Positions 39,911-48,462 of a stretch of DNA of 64,000 bases are shown here, piece after piece. Both the position numbers and the translations under genes were made by a program. A model generated the notes under the pieces. That model did no database searches, was not told where the DNA came from, and saw only the letters and a list, made by a program, of their open reading frames with translations. The DNA comes from an uncultured Gammaproteobacteria bacterium (GTDB lineage Bacteria; Patescibacteriota; Microgenomatia; UBA12405; JAHJSD01): the NCBI GenBank assembly GCA_964428655.1, contig CAYRYE010000001.1:137328-201327 (forward strand), in the 5' to 3' direction. Each line of letters begins with the position of its first letter. Position 1 is the first letter of the stretch.

Positions 39911-41776
39911 GTGAGAGAGAACTTACTTGATGATTTAAATCCGGCCCAGAAAAAAGCGGTCACTTTTGTTGGTGGGCCGGTTTTAGTTTTAGCCGGTGCT
40001 GGCAGCGGCAAGACTAAAGTTTTAACTCAGCGAGCCGCTTGGCTGGTAGCAGCTAGAAAAGCAAAACCCAGCCAGCTTCTTCTTCTGACTTTTACCAACA
40101 AAGCTGCCGGTGAGATGAAAAAGAGGCTGTTGAAGCTTTTGCGATCTGTTTCCAGTTCTGAGAAACCTGCTTCTGGTCTTTTCGCCGGCACTTTCCACTC
40201 TTTTTGCGCTTACATTTTGCGGCGTGACGGGGAAGAGATTGGTATTCCAAGATTATTTGTGATCTATGATGGAGCTGATCAGCTAGCCCTAATCAAAAGT
40301 TTAGTTAAAAAATTTGATTTATCTAGCGAGAGGTTTAAACCAGCTTCAATTAAAGCAATGATTGAGTCAGCCAAAAACAATTTAATTGACCCGGAAACTT
40401 TTTTGGACTCAGCTCGAACTTCTTGGCATCAATCTGTTGGTCTAATCTATCAGAAATACCAAAAGCAGTTGATCAAATCTAATGCTTTGGATTTTAATGA
40501 TTTGCTGCTTTCAGTGGTTAAACTTTTCGAAAACGAACCGAAAATTTTGGAAAAGTATCAGGATCGCTATCGGTTTGTTTTGGTTGATGAATATCAGGAT
40601 ACCAATAGAGCTCAGTATATCTTAACCAGGCTTTTAGCCAAAAAATATCAAAATTTAACTGCCGTTGGTGACATTGCCCAAGCGATTTACGGATGGCGTG
40701 GTGCCGATTACCGAAATTTGATGAGTTTAACCTCTGATTTTCCGAAAATGAGGATAATTAATCTTGAACAAAATTATCGTTCCACTCAGACAATTTTGGA
40801 CGCCGCTAATGCGGTCATTTCCAAGAACGAAAAACACCCGATTTTAAAATTGTTTACCCAAAATGGCCAAGGAGAGGAAGTTATTATTTATCGGGCCAGT
40901 TCCGAGATTGATGAGGCAGAGTTTGTTACTGAAAGGATTAAGCGAGTGGTTGATTTCAGAGGTGTTAATCCAGCCGAGATCGTTGTTTTGTATCGAACCA
41001 ATGCCCAATCACGAACCCTTGAGGAGGCCTTTATTCGCCATGGCTTGCCCTATATTCTTGTTGGCGGTGTCAAGTTTTACGAACGAGCTGAAGTTAAAGA
41101 TGTTTTGTCATTACTTCGGGTTTTTTATAATTCTTTAGACCAAGCCTCTTGGGAGAGGATTGAGAAAAATTTTGGCAAGCGAAGAAAGGAAAAAGTTGAG
41201 GAATTTATTGAAGAAAGTGGAGGAAAGAAATGGAAAACAGAAAAATTGCTTGAAGAAATTCTTGAATTCAGTGGTTATTTAGAAAAATTTGATCCTGTTG
41301 ATAAGAGTGATTACCGTCGTTTAGAGAATATTAAAGAGTTGACTTCAGTGGCAAAACAATTTCCTGATTTGAGTGAATTTTTAGAAAATGTTGCTTTGGT
41401 TCAGCAGGAATATTCAGCTCAAGAAAAGGAAAAAGAGAAATTAGCTGGGGAAGCGGTTAGATTGATGACTCTTCATTCAAGCAAAGGATTGGAATTCGAT
41501 ACGGTTTTTATTATTGGCATAGAAGAGGGTTTATTACCTCACTCAAGAAGCATAGATAATTTAGAACAGCTCGAAGAAGAACGCCGTCTTTGTTATGTGG
41601 GAATGACTCGGGCAAAAAGGCGTTTATTGCTGGTTTATGCCGCCCAAAGGCTTTACTTTGGCAAAATCAGCTGCAACAGTATTTCTAGATTTTTAGAGGA
41701 TATTCCTGATAAATTGATTGCTTGGGAGGAAAGTGAATCTGATTGGAGTGATGACGATTGGGACGAAGAATGGTAG
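39911..41776 (+). CDS. pcrA: ATP-dependent DNA helicase UvrD/PcrA (compact)
   Basis: LNPAQ, AGAGSGKT, TFTNKAA.EM, VDEYQDTN, Q.IY.WRGA, NYRST, LMTLHSSKGLEF, EERRLCYVGMTRA. Confidence 0.95.
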   Translation: MRENLLDDLNPAQKKAVTFVGGPVLVLAGAGSGKTKVLTQRAAWLVAARKAKPSQLLLLTFTNKAAGEMKKRLLKLLRSVSSSEKPASGLFAGTFHSFCAYILRRDGEEIGIPRLFVIYDGADQLALIKSLVKKFDLSSERFKPASIKAMIESAKNNLIDPETFLDSARTSWHQSVGLIYQKYQKQLIKSNALDFNDLLLSVVKLFENEPKILEKYQDRYRFVLVDEYQDTNRAQYILTRLLAKKYQNLTAVGDIAQAIYGWRGADYRNLMSLTSDFPKMRIINLEQNYRSTQTILDAANAVISKNEKHPILKLFTQNGQGEEVIIYRASSEIDEAEFVTERIKRVVDFRGVNPAEIVVLYRTNAQSRTLEEAFIRHGLPYILVGGVKFYERAEVKDVLSLLRVFYNSLDQASWERIEKNFGKRRKEKVEEFIEESGGKKWKTEKLLEEILEFSGYLEKFDPVDKSDYRRLENIKELTSVAKQFPDLSEFLENVALVQQEYSAQEKEKEKLAGEAVRLMTLHSSKGLEFDTVFIIGIEEGLLPHSRSIDNLEQLEEERRLCYVGMTRAKRRLLLVYAAQRLYFGKISCNSISRFLEDIPDKLIAWEESESDWSDDDWDEEW

Positions 41777-41785
41777 AGTAGAATT

Positions 41786-42841
41786 ATGATAATCCGTAAA
41801 GTTCTTCCTGAAGAAAAAGATACTTACAACGAAGTTGTCGGCCATCCTTTGCAAACTTGGCAATGGGGAGAATTTAAAGAGAAGACTGGGATGAAAGTGG
41901 TTAGATTGGGGATTTTTGACAAAGGAAAAATAATAGACGGAATTCAAGTTCTGTTTCGACAAATCCCAAAGTTGTCTTTGTCTGTTGGCCAAATATTGAA
42001 AGGCAGTTTGCCCAATCAACAGGTAGTTGGAGCCTTGAGTGAGCTGGCTCAGGGGGAAAAAGCAATTTTTATTAAAATAGAACCGGATTATATTGTGCGA
42101 CGTTGGAAGAATGAAAAAGGGAAGATTCAAAAACCGCCAACTAAAGATGAAAAAATTGATTTAACCAAAATTGGTTTGCGACTAGCCAGAAAACCTCTTT
42201 TCGACCCTCATTCCTTTTTACTGGATTTGACCAAAACTGAGGATGAGTTAATGAGTCAGATGCATAGCAAGACCCGGTACAATATTCGGTTAGCCCAAAG
42301 ACACGGTGTTGTTGCTAAAGAGCAGTCTGACAAAGAGGGCTTGGAGATATTTATTAATTTGCTTCAGGAGACTTTAAAACGACAAAAGTTCTATATGCAC
42401 AGTCCGGATTACTTTAGGAAGTTGTGGCAGGTTTTGCATCCAGCGGGGATAGCCCATATTTTATTAGCCAGATATCAGGAAAAAGTGTTAAATGCCTGGA
42501 TGTTATTTATTTGGAAAAATAGGATTTTTTATCCCTATGGAGCTTCTTCTTCAGAGCACCGGGAGTTAATGGCTTCAAATTTGATTTGTTGGGAACTAAT
42601 TAAATTTGGCAAGAATAAAGGCTGTAAGATTTTTGATATGTGGGGCAGCCTGGGTCCTGACGCTGATCAAAATCATTCTTGGTATGGCTTCCATAAATTC
42701 AAACTAGGTTATGGGGGAGAATTAGTTGAATTTGTCAGTAGCCGGGACTTAGTTGTTAATTCTATTCTTTATGAAGGTCTTCAATTTGCTGATTCAATTA
42801 GGTGGAAATTGCTCCGCTTGCGAAGAAAATTCCCTATTTGA
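41786..42841 (+). CDS. FemABX-family peptidoglycan interpeptide-bridge aminoacyltransferase
   Basis: HPLQT..WG.FK, IFIKIEP, LDL...EDEL...M..KTRYNIRLA, YGAS, G...FK.G.GG. Confidence 0.92.
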   Translation: MIIRKVLPEEKDTYNEVVGHPLQTWQWGEFKEKTGMKVVRLGIFDKGKIIDGIQVLFRQIPKLSLSVGQILKGSLPNQQVVGALSELAQGEKAIFIKIEPDYIVRRWKNEKGKIQKPPTKDEKIDLTKIGLRLARKPLFDPHSFLLDLTKTEDELMSQMHSKTRYNIRLAQRHGVVAKEQSDKEGLEIFINLLQETLKRQKFYMHSPDYFRKLWQVLHPAGIAHILLARYQEKVLNAWMLFIWKNRIFYPYGASSSEHRELMASNLICWELIKFGKNKGCKIFDMWGSLGPDADQNHSWYGFHKFKLGYGGELVEFVSSRDLVVNSILYEGLQFADSIRWKLLRLRRKFPI

Positions 42842-42856
42842 TTTGTTTTGTAAATA

Positions 42857-43150
42857 TTATTGTAGTATTGGACGCCTTGTGCCATTTTTTGGCGTTACCA
42901 GTATGGCTTGACGACCAGGAATTACTCTTCCAGTTCTCTCATCTCTTGCTGGCACGCATCTTGCTCTTAGATACCTAGATCTAGTTCTTAAATATCCTGC
43001 AATTTCTGGTGCTGATTTAGATCTGTGGTGGGTTGGGATCAAGGTTGAATCTACGGTTTCTCTTGTTGGGGCAGTACAAAAAAATGTTTCTTTTGATCTT
43101 AATTCATATAGTGGCACTGGAGTCCAATGTTCTCTTTTTGTGGTACCCAT
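42857..43150 (-). CDS. Arg-rich orphan protein
   Basis: ATG 43150; 97 aa; no family recognised. Confidence 0.5.
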   Translation of the reverse strand: MGTTKREHWTPVPLYELRSKETFFCTAPTRETVDSTLIPTHHRSKSAPEIAGYLRTRSRYLRARCVPARDERTGRVIPGRQAILVTPKNGTRRPILQ

Positions 43151-43366
43151 ATTAGTCTTATCAATAGACTTGTTAACGGTACATCTTATAATATCATGAT
43201 TATAGCATTGGTTCAATAGTTTTTTTAATAATTAAAGATGGGGTCTATGCCAAAGGTAGCCATTGCCTTTGGTTTGGCTTTGCTTTGTCCTCTTGACCAC
43301 GCAAGTGGAACTAGATGTGTATTCCGTGGTGTTGAGATTCATCCAAATGTGAGATAATAGCGCCAT

Positions 43367-43762
43367 ATGGGACCAGATAGAGCAATAAATTTACGAGGTT
43401 TGCTTGCCGAAAGGACCAGAAGAACAAGAGTTTTTATTCCTATCGGCGGGGATATAAAGACAGGTGAAGGAACTTTACATGGTGTAGATGTAGAGAGAGT
43501 TCCACCAGCAACCGTTTTTATAGGTCAAGAGCCTGTGCGTAGGATTCCTTCCAGAGTAAGATATGGGAAAAGATCAGTAAGAGGAGATAACTCTTTGCTT
43601 ATACAAGAGATTCCAAGGAGAGAAGCTCGTGCTTTAGTGGAAGGAGGCCCGCTGGTAAGGGATCTTTTTACAGGTGAGGTAGTTATTATGCGAGGTAGTA
43701 AGCGGGTTTTAGTGCGTGATAGGACTAGGATTTTAAAGTTATTTGCCGCTGGTGATGAATAA
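43367..43762 (+). CDS. Arg-rich orphan protein
   Basis: 131-aa ORF; GATAAT shortly upstream of ATG; no family recognised. Confidence 0.55.
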   Translation: MGPDRAINLRGLLAERTRRTRVFIPIGGDIKTGEGTLHGVDVERVPPATVFIGQEPVRRIPSRVRYGKRSVRGDNSLLIQEIPRREARALVEGGPLVRDLFTGEVVIMRGSKRVLVRDRTRILKLFAAGDE

Positions 43763-43880
43763 TTTCCTTTTTAGGTTTGTTGATAGACTTTCAAACTACT
43801 TCAGGTCAATGGGATAGAGGCTAAGGGGCAGGGATAAAGTTTACCGTAAAATAGACTAGAATTAACACGATCTCTGGTTG

Positions 43881-43953
43881 TGCCCCTACGGGGATTTGAA
43901 CCCCGGTCTTCGCCGTGAGAGGGCGATATCCTAAACCACTAGACGATAGGGGC
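43881..43953 (-). tRNA. tRNA-Glu(CTC)
   Basis: Reverse complement GCCCCTATCGTCTAGTGGTTTAGGATA-TCGCC-CTCTCAC-GGCGA-...GGTTCAAATCC..TAGGGGCA. Confidence 0.95.
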
Positions 43954-43957
43954 TTTT

Positions 43958-44034
43958 TGGTGCGCCCGGAGGGATTCGAACCCCCGACCCACTGCTTAAG
44001 AGGCAGGTGCTCTACCAAACTGAGCTACGGGCGC
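43958..44034 (-). tRNA. tRNA-Lys(CTT), CCA encoded
   Basis: Reverse complement GCGCCCGTAGCTCAGTTTGGTAGAGCA-CCTGC-CTCTTAA-GCAGT..GGTTCGAATCC..CGGGCGCACCA. Confidence 0.93.
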
Positions 44035-44056
44035 AGATGAGTATAATTATATCAAA

Positions 44057-46957
44057 TTACTGCCACGCTTCGCAGAGAAGCTTGTATTCACAGTAATTAC
44101 AGGGAAATGGGATACTAGGTTTTGGCGGGAAGGGGCTTTTTTCTATCTCCTCAGCGGCTTTAATCATCTTTTTTCTAAACTCATTTAATTGTTCTTTAGT
44201 TCTTTGACTGGAGAGCTTAATGCAGTTTTGGAGAAAATAGAGACTCAAAATAATTTTCTCTACTGGCCTGTTGAAGCTGAGCTCACTGATGCTAGAAGTT
44301 GCCAGCGCGTAAAGAGTTAGTTGATCATCATGATCGATTGTCTTCTGGTTTGGAATTCTGGCACCAGTTTTGTAGTCGATAATTTCTACTCTTCCATCAG
44401 GAAAAAGATCAGCCCTATCAATTATTCCCCCAACTTTCAGTTTTGGAGTAATTCTAAAAGAAAATGGCTGTTCTAGGGCAATAACATTAATAATAGATTT
44501 ATCTTTTAATTCTTTTTGGTAATAATTTTTGAGAATTTGAACACTTTGTTTTTTAGCTTCTTTTTCATGAGCCTTAGATTTGAATCCTTGTGATTGCCAA
44601 TTTTCTTCAAGTATTTTTAAAAAAGTTTTAAAGTCTAATTTTTCTTTGCTAAGAATTTGTTCTTGATAAAATTCTTTCAAGGTTCTATGGAGAGTGATAC
44701 CAATTGTTTGAGCTGGCGAGGGAGGTGTTGGCAGTCTGATGATGTATTTATATTTATATTGAAGAGGGCAAATATCGAATGCGTTTAGTTGGGAATATGA
44801 AAGATAAGTTACTGGAAAATTAAAAATAGCCGGTTTTTCTTTTTCTTCCTGTTTTTGCCAAGAAAGGAGAGTGAGCTGTATATCACGTGTTGCATGTCGC
44901 ATATTGTGAATTGATTTTTCTCCCAAAGATTCAACAACAAAGGGAGAGATTTTTTTCTCTCTTTTAGCGTCATTGCTGTAGAATTTAGCCCCGGTAAAGT
45001 AGAGATGATCCATGGCTCTGGTCATGCCCACATAAAATAGTCTTCTTTCTTCTTGTTCATGTGGATCGCCTTCAGGCAAAAGCTCTTTGATTAGTGTTTG
45101 GGGGATAGGTATTTGCTCTTGACGCTTTCTGGTAGGAAAGCGTTGATTGACAAGATTAGCCATAAAAACAATCGGGAATTCTAGCCCTTTGGCCGAATGA
45201 ACAGTTAAAATATTGACGGCATCGACTTCAGTCCAATCAGTTTCTGTTGCCAAAGGGCTTTCGCCCAGTTCCAATCGAAGCATAATCCAATCCAGAAGAT
45301 GAAAAACAGAAGCGTTTTCATTATTGGTTTCAAATGATTTGACCTTGTCAAAAAATTTGGCCAGATCAAGGGCTTGCTGATGCTTAGTTTCTGTTTTTGG
45401 ATTGACTATTGATTTTAAAAGACCACTGTCTTCGAGAAAATAGTAGAGAATTTGACCGCCGGTTTCTTTTGACAGCAGCTTGAGGTGACGATGAATGATT
45501 TTCACCAATTTATTTGTTTTATTTTCTACGGTTGTTTCCGGGGAATTTGCTGCCTTTTTCTCGGCAGCTTCAAAGAGAGATAAATTTTCTCTTTTTGCAA
45601 AACTTCGAAGCATGGCTAATTGACGGGCAGAGATTTCTAATTCTGGAATACTAGCGACTTTGAAAAAAGCAATGTCGTCTTGGAGATCAACTAAGGTTTG
45701 CAGATAAGCAATTAGATTTTTAATTTCTGACTTGCGGAATAAATGACCTGGACCCAAGAATTGATATGGAATATTGCTTCTGGCCAAAGCTCTTATAAAT
45801 GGTTCGGAATGGTTATTGGCCCTGACTAAAATGGCAATGTCTTTGTATTGGTATTTTTCTTTAGTCAGTTTTTTTATTTCCTGGGCAACTAAATCGGCCT
45901 CGTTTTCTACCCGATTAGTAAAAAATAGTTTAATTGGCGTTCCTTTAATTGCTCGGGCGCTTTTTAAGTTTTTGGCAATACCTAATTTTACTTCTAAAGT
46001 ATCAGGATCATTGTGTTTAATTAGTTGATGAGATTGATCAAGAATGGTTTGGGTAGAACGGTAATTTAGAATTAGAGAAACAACTTTGCCTTTTTTATAA
46101 TCTTCTTGGAAAGTTAAAACATTAGAAACGGCCGCCCCCCTGAATTTATAGATTGATTGAGAGTCATCGGCAGTAACGGTAAGATTGGGATTTTCTTTGG
46201 GTGGAGCCAGCAATTTTATTAATTCATATTGAGCAATATTAGTGTCTTGAAATTCGTCGACCAAAACAAAGGCAAACTTTTTTTTATACTCTCTTAAAAC
46301 ATTGGATCTTTCTCGTAAAAGCTTAAGCGCATAACTGATGAGATCGGCAAAGTCAAAAGCGCCCTCTCTCTCTTTTAATTCCTGATAAGTTTTAAATGTT
46401 TTGGCCAGCTCAATAGTTTTTTTGGCTTCTAACTTGTCTTCTTTTGTTTTGGCATTTTTTGAAACTTTTTCAGCAAATTGGAGATATTGTTCTGGCGTAA
46501 TATCTTCGTCTCGAAGTCGGGAAAAATGATCAATGATTCCCCCTAAAAACTTGTCTGGAGTAGAAACGGGCCGAAAATATGTCAACTTGAGTTTAAAAAG
46601 CCTTTTTCTTAAAAAAAGAATAGTTTCCGCCTTAGACATTAATTTAAAATTAGGATTAAGACCAATGTGAGAAGCTTCATCTCGTAATAATTGATTGCAA
46701 AAAGAATGAAAAGTGGAAATCCAGAGCTGGCTATATCCTAACGGCAGAGCTTGATCTACTCTTTCTTCCATTTCTCTAGCCGCTTTTTCAGTAAAAGTTA
46801 AAGCTAGTATTTGAGAAGGGGAAAGACCATTTTTGTCAATTAGCCACTTTATTCTTTCAGTGATAACCGTAGTTTTTCCTGTTCCAGCTCCGGCGATAAT
46901 CAACAACGGCCCCTTTTGATATTTAACGGCTTTCTTTTGCTGCTCGTTAAGCTTCAT
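44057..46957 (-). CDS. UvrD-family helicase with C-terminal PD-(D/E)XK nuclease and Fe-S cysteines (AdnAB/AddAB-like)
   Basis: AGAGTGKT, VDEFQDTN, HSAKGLEF, EERRLFYVGMTRA; LSYSQL....CP, G.IDR, IIDYKTG, QL.LY, C.YCEY...C. Confidence 0.92.
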   Translation of the reverse strand: MKLNEQQKKAVKYQKGPLLIIAGAGTGKTTVITERIKWLIDKNGLSPSQILALTFTEKAAREMEERVDQALPLGYSQLWISTFHSFCNQLLRDEASHIGLNPNFKLMSKAETILFLRKRLFKLKLTYFRPVSTPDKFLGGIIDHFSRLRDEDITPEQYLQFAEKVSKNAKTKEDKLEAKKTIELAKTFKTYQELKEREGAFDFADLISYALKLLRERSNVLREYKKKFAFVLVDEFQDTNIAQYELIKLLAPPKENPNLTVTADDSQSIYKFRGAAVSNVLTFQEDYKKGKVVSLILNYRSTQTILDQSHQLIKHNDPDTLEVKLGIAKNLKSARAIKGTPIKLFFTNRVENEADLVAQEIKKLTKEKYQYKDIAILVRANNHSEPFIRALARSNIPYQFLGPGHLFRKSEIKNLIAYLQTLVDLQDDIAFFKVASIPELEISARQLAMLRSFAKRENLSLFEAAEKKAANSPETTVENKTNKLVKIIHRHLKLLSKETGGQILYYFLEDSGLLKSIVNPKTETKHQQALDLAKFFDKVKSFETNNENASVFHLLDWIMLRLELGESPLATETDWTEVDAVNILTVHSAKGLEFPIVFMANLVNQRFPTRKRQEQIPIPQTLIKELLPEGDPHEQEERRLFYVGMTRAMDHLYFTGAKFYSNDAKREKKISPFVVESLGEKSIHNMRHATRDIQLTLLSWQKQEEKEKPAIFNFPVTYLSYSQLNAFDICPLQYKYKYIIRLPTPPSPAQTIGITLHRTLKEFYQEQILSKEKLDFKTFLKILEENWQSQGFKSKAHEKEAKKQSVQILKNYYQKELKDKSIINVIALEQPFSFRITPKLKVGGIIDRADLFPDGRVEIIDYKTGARIPNQKTIDHDDQLTLYALATSSISELSFNRPVEKIILSLYFLQNCIKLSSQRTKEQLNEFRKKMIKAAEEIEKSPFPPKPSIPFPCNYCEYKLLCEAWQ

Positions 46958-46988
46958 CTTCAAATTCTATCACGGATAATTTTTTCTC

Positions 46989-47041
46989 TCAGCAAGAGCG
47001 GCAAAGAATTTTTATCCTATGGATACTTGAGCTCTTGCTGA
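46989..47041. promoter_or_regulatory. 11-bp inverted repeat between divergent genes
   Basis: TCAGCAAGAGC (46989) ... GCTCTTGCTGA (47031); right arm overlaps TTGAGC-17-TATAAT promoter. Confidence 0.55.
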
Positions 47042-47132
47042 AAATGGAATATAATCCAGACTAACTATTGATTATTTTAGCTTTCATTTTGCCTAATTTT
47101 TTGTAATTCAAATTGAATGGAGGTGATTAAAA

Positions 47133-47477
47133 ATGCCAGATAAAAATGATAAACAAACAGTTGATGAGCCAGCCGAAGAGATAAAGGCTAAGAAGGCGGG
47201 AGTTGAAGAAGTTGAAACTGAAAAACCCGAAACTGAAGGAGTAAAAGTTGAAGAGACCAAAACAGAAGAAGCTGTTAGCAGTTCGGCTGTGCCGACAGAT
47301 GATACAGCTGCGCCAACAGACGATACGACTGCTACACCAGCAGGCACTGACAAGCTTGGCCGTCAGCTTTATGATGTAAAATGCGCTAAGTGTGGCAAGC
47401 AGACTCAAGTTCCCTTTAAGCCATCTGGAGACAGACCAGTTTATTGCCGAGATTGCTACATGGAGCAAAGAAGATAA
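47133..47477 (+). CDS. CxxC-x17-CxxC zinc-ribbon protein with acidic N-terminal extension
   Basis: RQLYDVKCAKCGKQTQVPFKPSGDRPVYCRDCY; SD GGAGGTG upstream. Confidence 0.9.
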   Translation: MPDKNDKQTVDEPAEEIKAKKAGVEEVETEKPETEGVKVEETKTEEAVSSSAVPTDDTAAPTDDTTATPAGTDKLGRQLYDVKCAKCGKQTQVPFKPSGDRPVYCRDCYMEQRR

Positions 47478-47515
47478 AGTATTAAGCCCTCTTTGTTTCA
47501 CTCTATTAATTATTG

Positions 47516-47532
47516 GGAGGTTTCGTACCTCC
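47516..47532 (+). terminator. Hairpin, possible terminator
   Basis: GGAGGT-TTCGT-ACCTCC downstream of zinc-ribbon gene; no strong U tract. Confidence 0.35.
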
Positions 47533-47642
47533 TAGGTGTTTAAAATTAAGTTTATTGTATCTATGTATTCAGTTTTAGCATGGAGAAAAACTTGATTTTC
47601 ACGGTTTTATTGTGTACTTTCTTAATGAAAAGGAGGTAGTTT

Positions 47643-47825
47643 ATGAATGAGGGGTCTTGTGGTTCCGGAGAATCGGCGCCGTCTAGGCCGGTGATAACTT
47701 CTGATTCAAAGCAGACACGAGTAGATAGAAAGATGACGAGAAAACCGGGTGAGTCGTTAGATAAATATAGGAAGAGGATGAATAAGAAGCATAAGAGAAA
47801 AGCGAGAATTTACAGTAGGAAATAA
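47643..47825 (+). CDS. Small basic orphan protein
   Basis: Strong SD AAGGAGGT upstream; Lys/Arg-rich C-terminus. Confidence 0.6.
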   Translation: MNEGSCGSGESAPSRPVITSDSKQTRVDRKMTRKPGESLDKYRKRMNKKHKRKARIYSRK

Positions 47826-47854
47826 GTAGTTTATTGCTAAACAAGGCCTCTTTT

Positions 47855-48388
47855 TTATTTATTTTTTGTTATTTTGGTAATTACTTTTAGGGAAGAATTG
47901 GGGACAAGGTGGATGTTGCCGTCTTTATCCTTAAGGGCAATAGTGCGTAGGCTGATCTTAGTGACCTTTCCGGAAATACTGTTTGCGACTTTGATTTGAT
48001 CTCCAACGTTAAATTGATTTTCAAAAAGCACGAAAAACCCGGCGATTAAATCAGAAGCCAAGCCTTTGGCGCCTATGCCAATTGCCAATCCGAAAATACC
48101 AACTCCGGTTATTAATGGCAGAATATTAAAACCAAGCTCTGACAGTATTAAAAGTACAGAGGTAAAGTTGACGATAATTTTCACAGTGTTAATTAAAAGA
48201 CTGGTGATGGTTTTGACCCGCTGTTTTGTTTGGGCAACAGTTTCAGATTTGCTTTTTCCAACTTTGCGGCGAAGTTTTTTGAGCGAAAAGATAGCAAATC
48301 TCTGTATTACCCACCCGGCAATAATAATAGTTGCTATTTTTAAAATCCTTTGCCAAATAGCAATTGCTGTTTCAATACTAATTCTCAT
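47855..48388 (-). CDS. mscS: Small mechanosensitive channel MscS family protein (short)
   Basis: G.FGLAIG.GA.....D.IAG.F...E.QF.VGD.I, G.V..ISLR, VPNS. Confidence 0.9.
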   Translation of the reverse strand: MRISIETAIAIWQRILKIATIIIAGWVIQRFAIFSLKKLRRKVGKSKSETVAQTKQRVKTITSLLINTVKIIVNFTSVLLILSELGFNILPLITGVGIFGLAIGIGAKGLASDLIAGFFVLFENQFNVGDQIKVANSISGKVTKISLRTIALKDKDGNIHLVPNSSLKVITKITKNK

Positions 48389-48462
48389 TTTTTCTTTTGT
48401 TTAAATTTAAGTAAATTGTATCATAGCGCGGGATGTAGAGTTTCCGGTGTGGAAATAAAGCA

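Noticed and set aside
43821-44018. 65-aa ORF on minus strand
   Set aside because: It is the translation of tRNA-Lys and tRNA-Glu.
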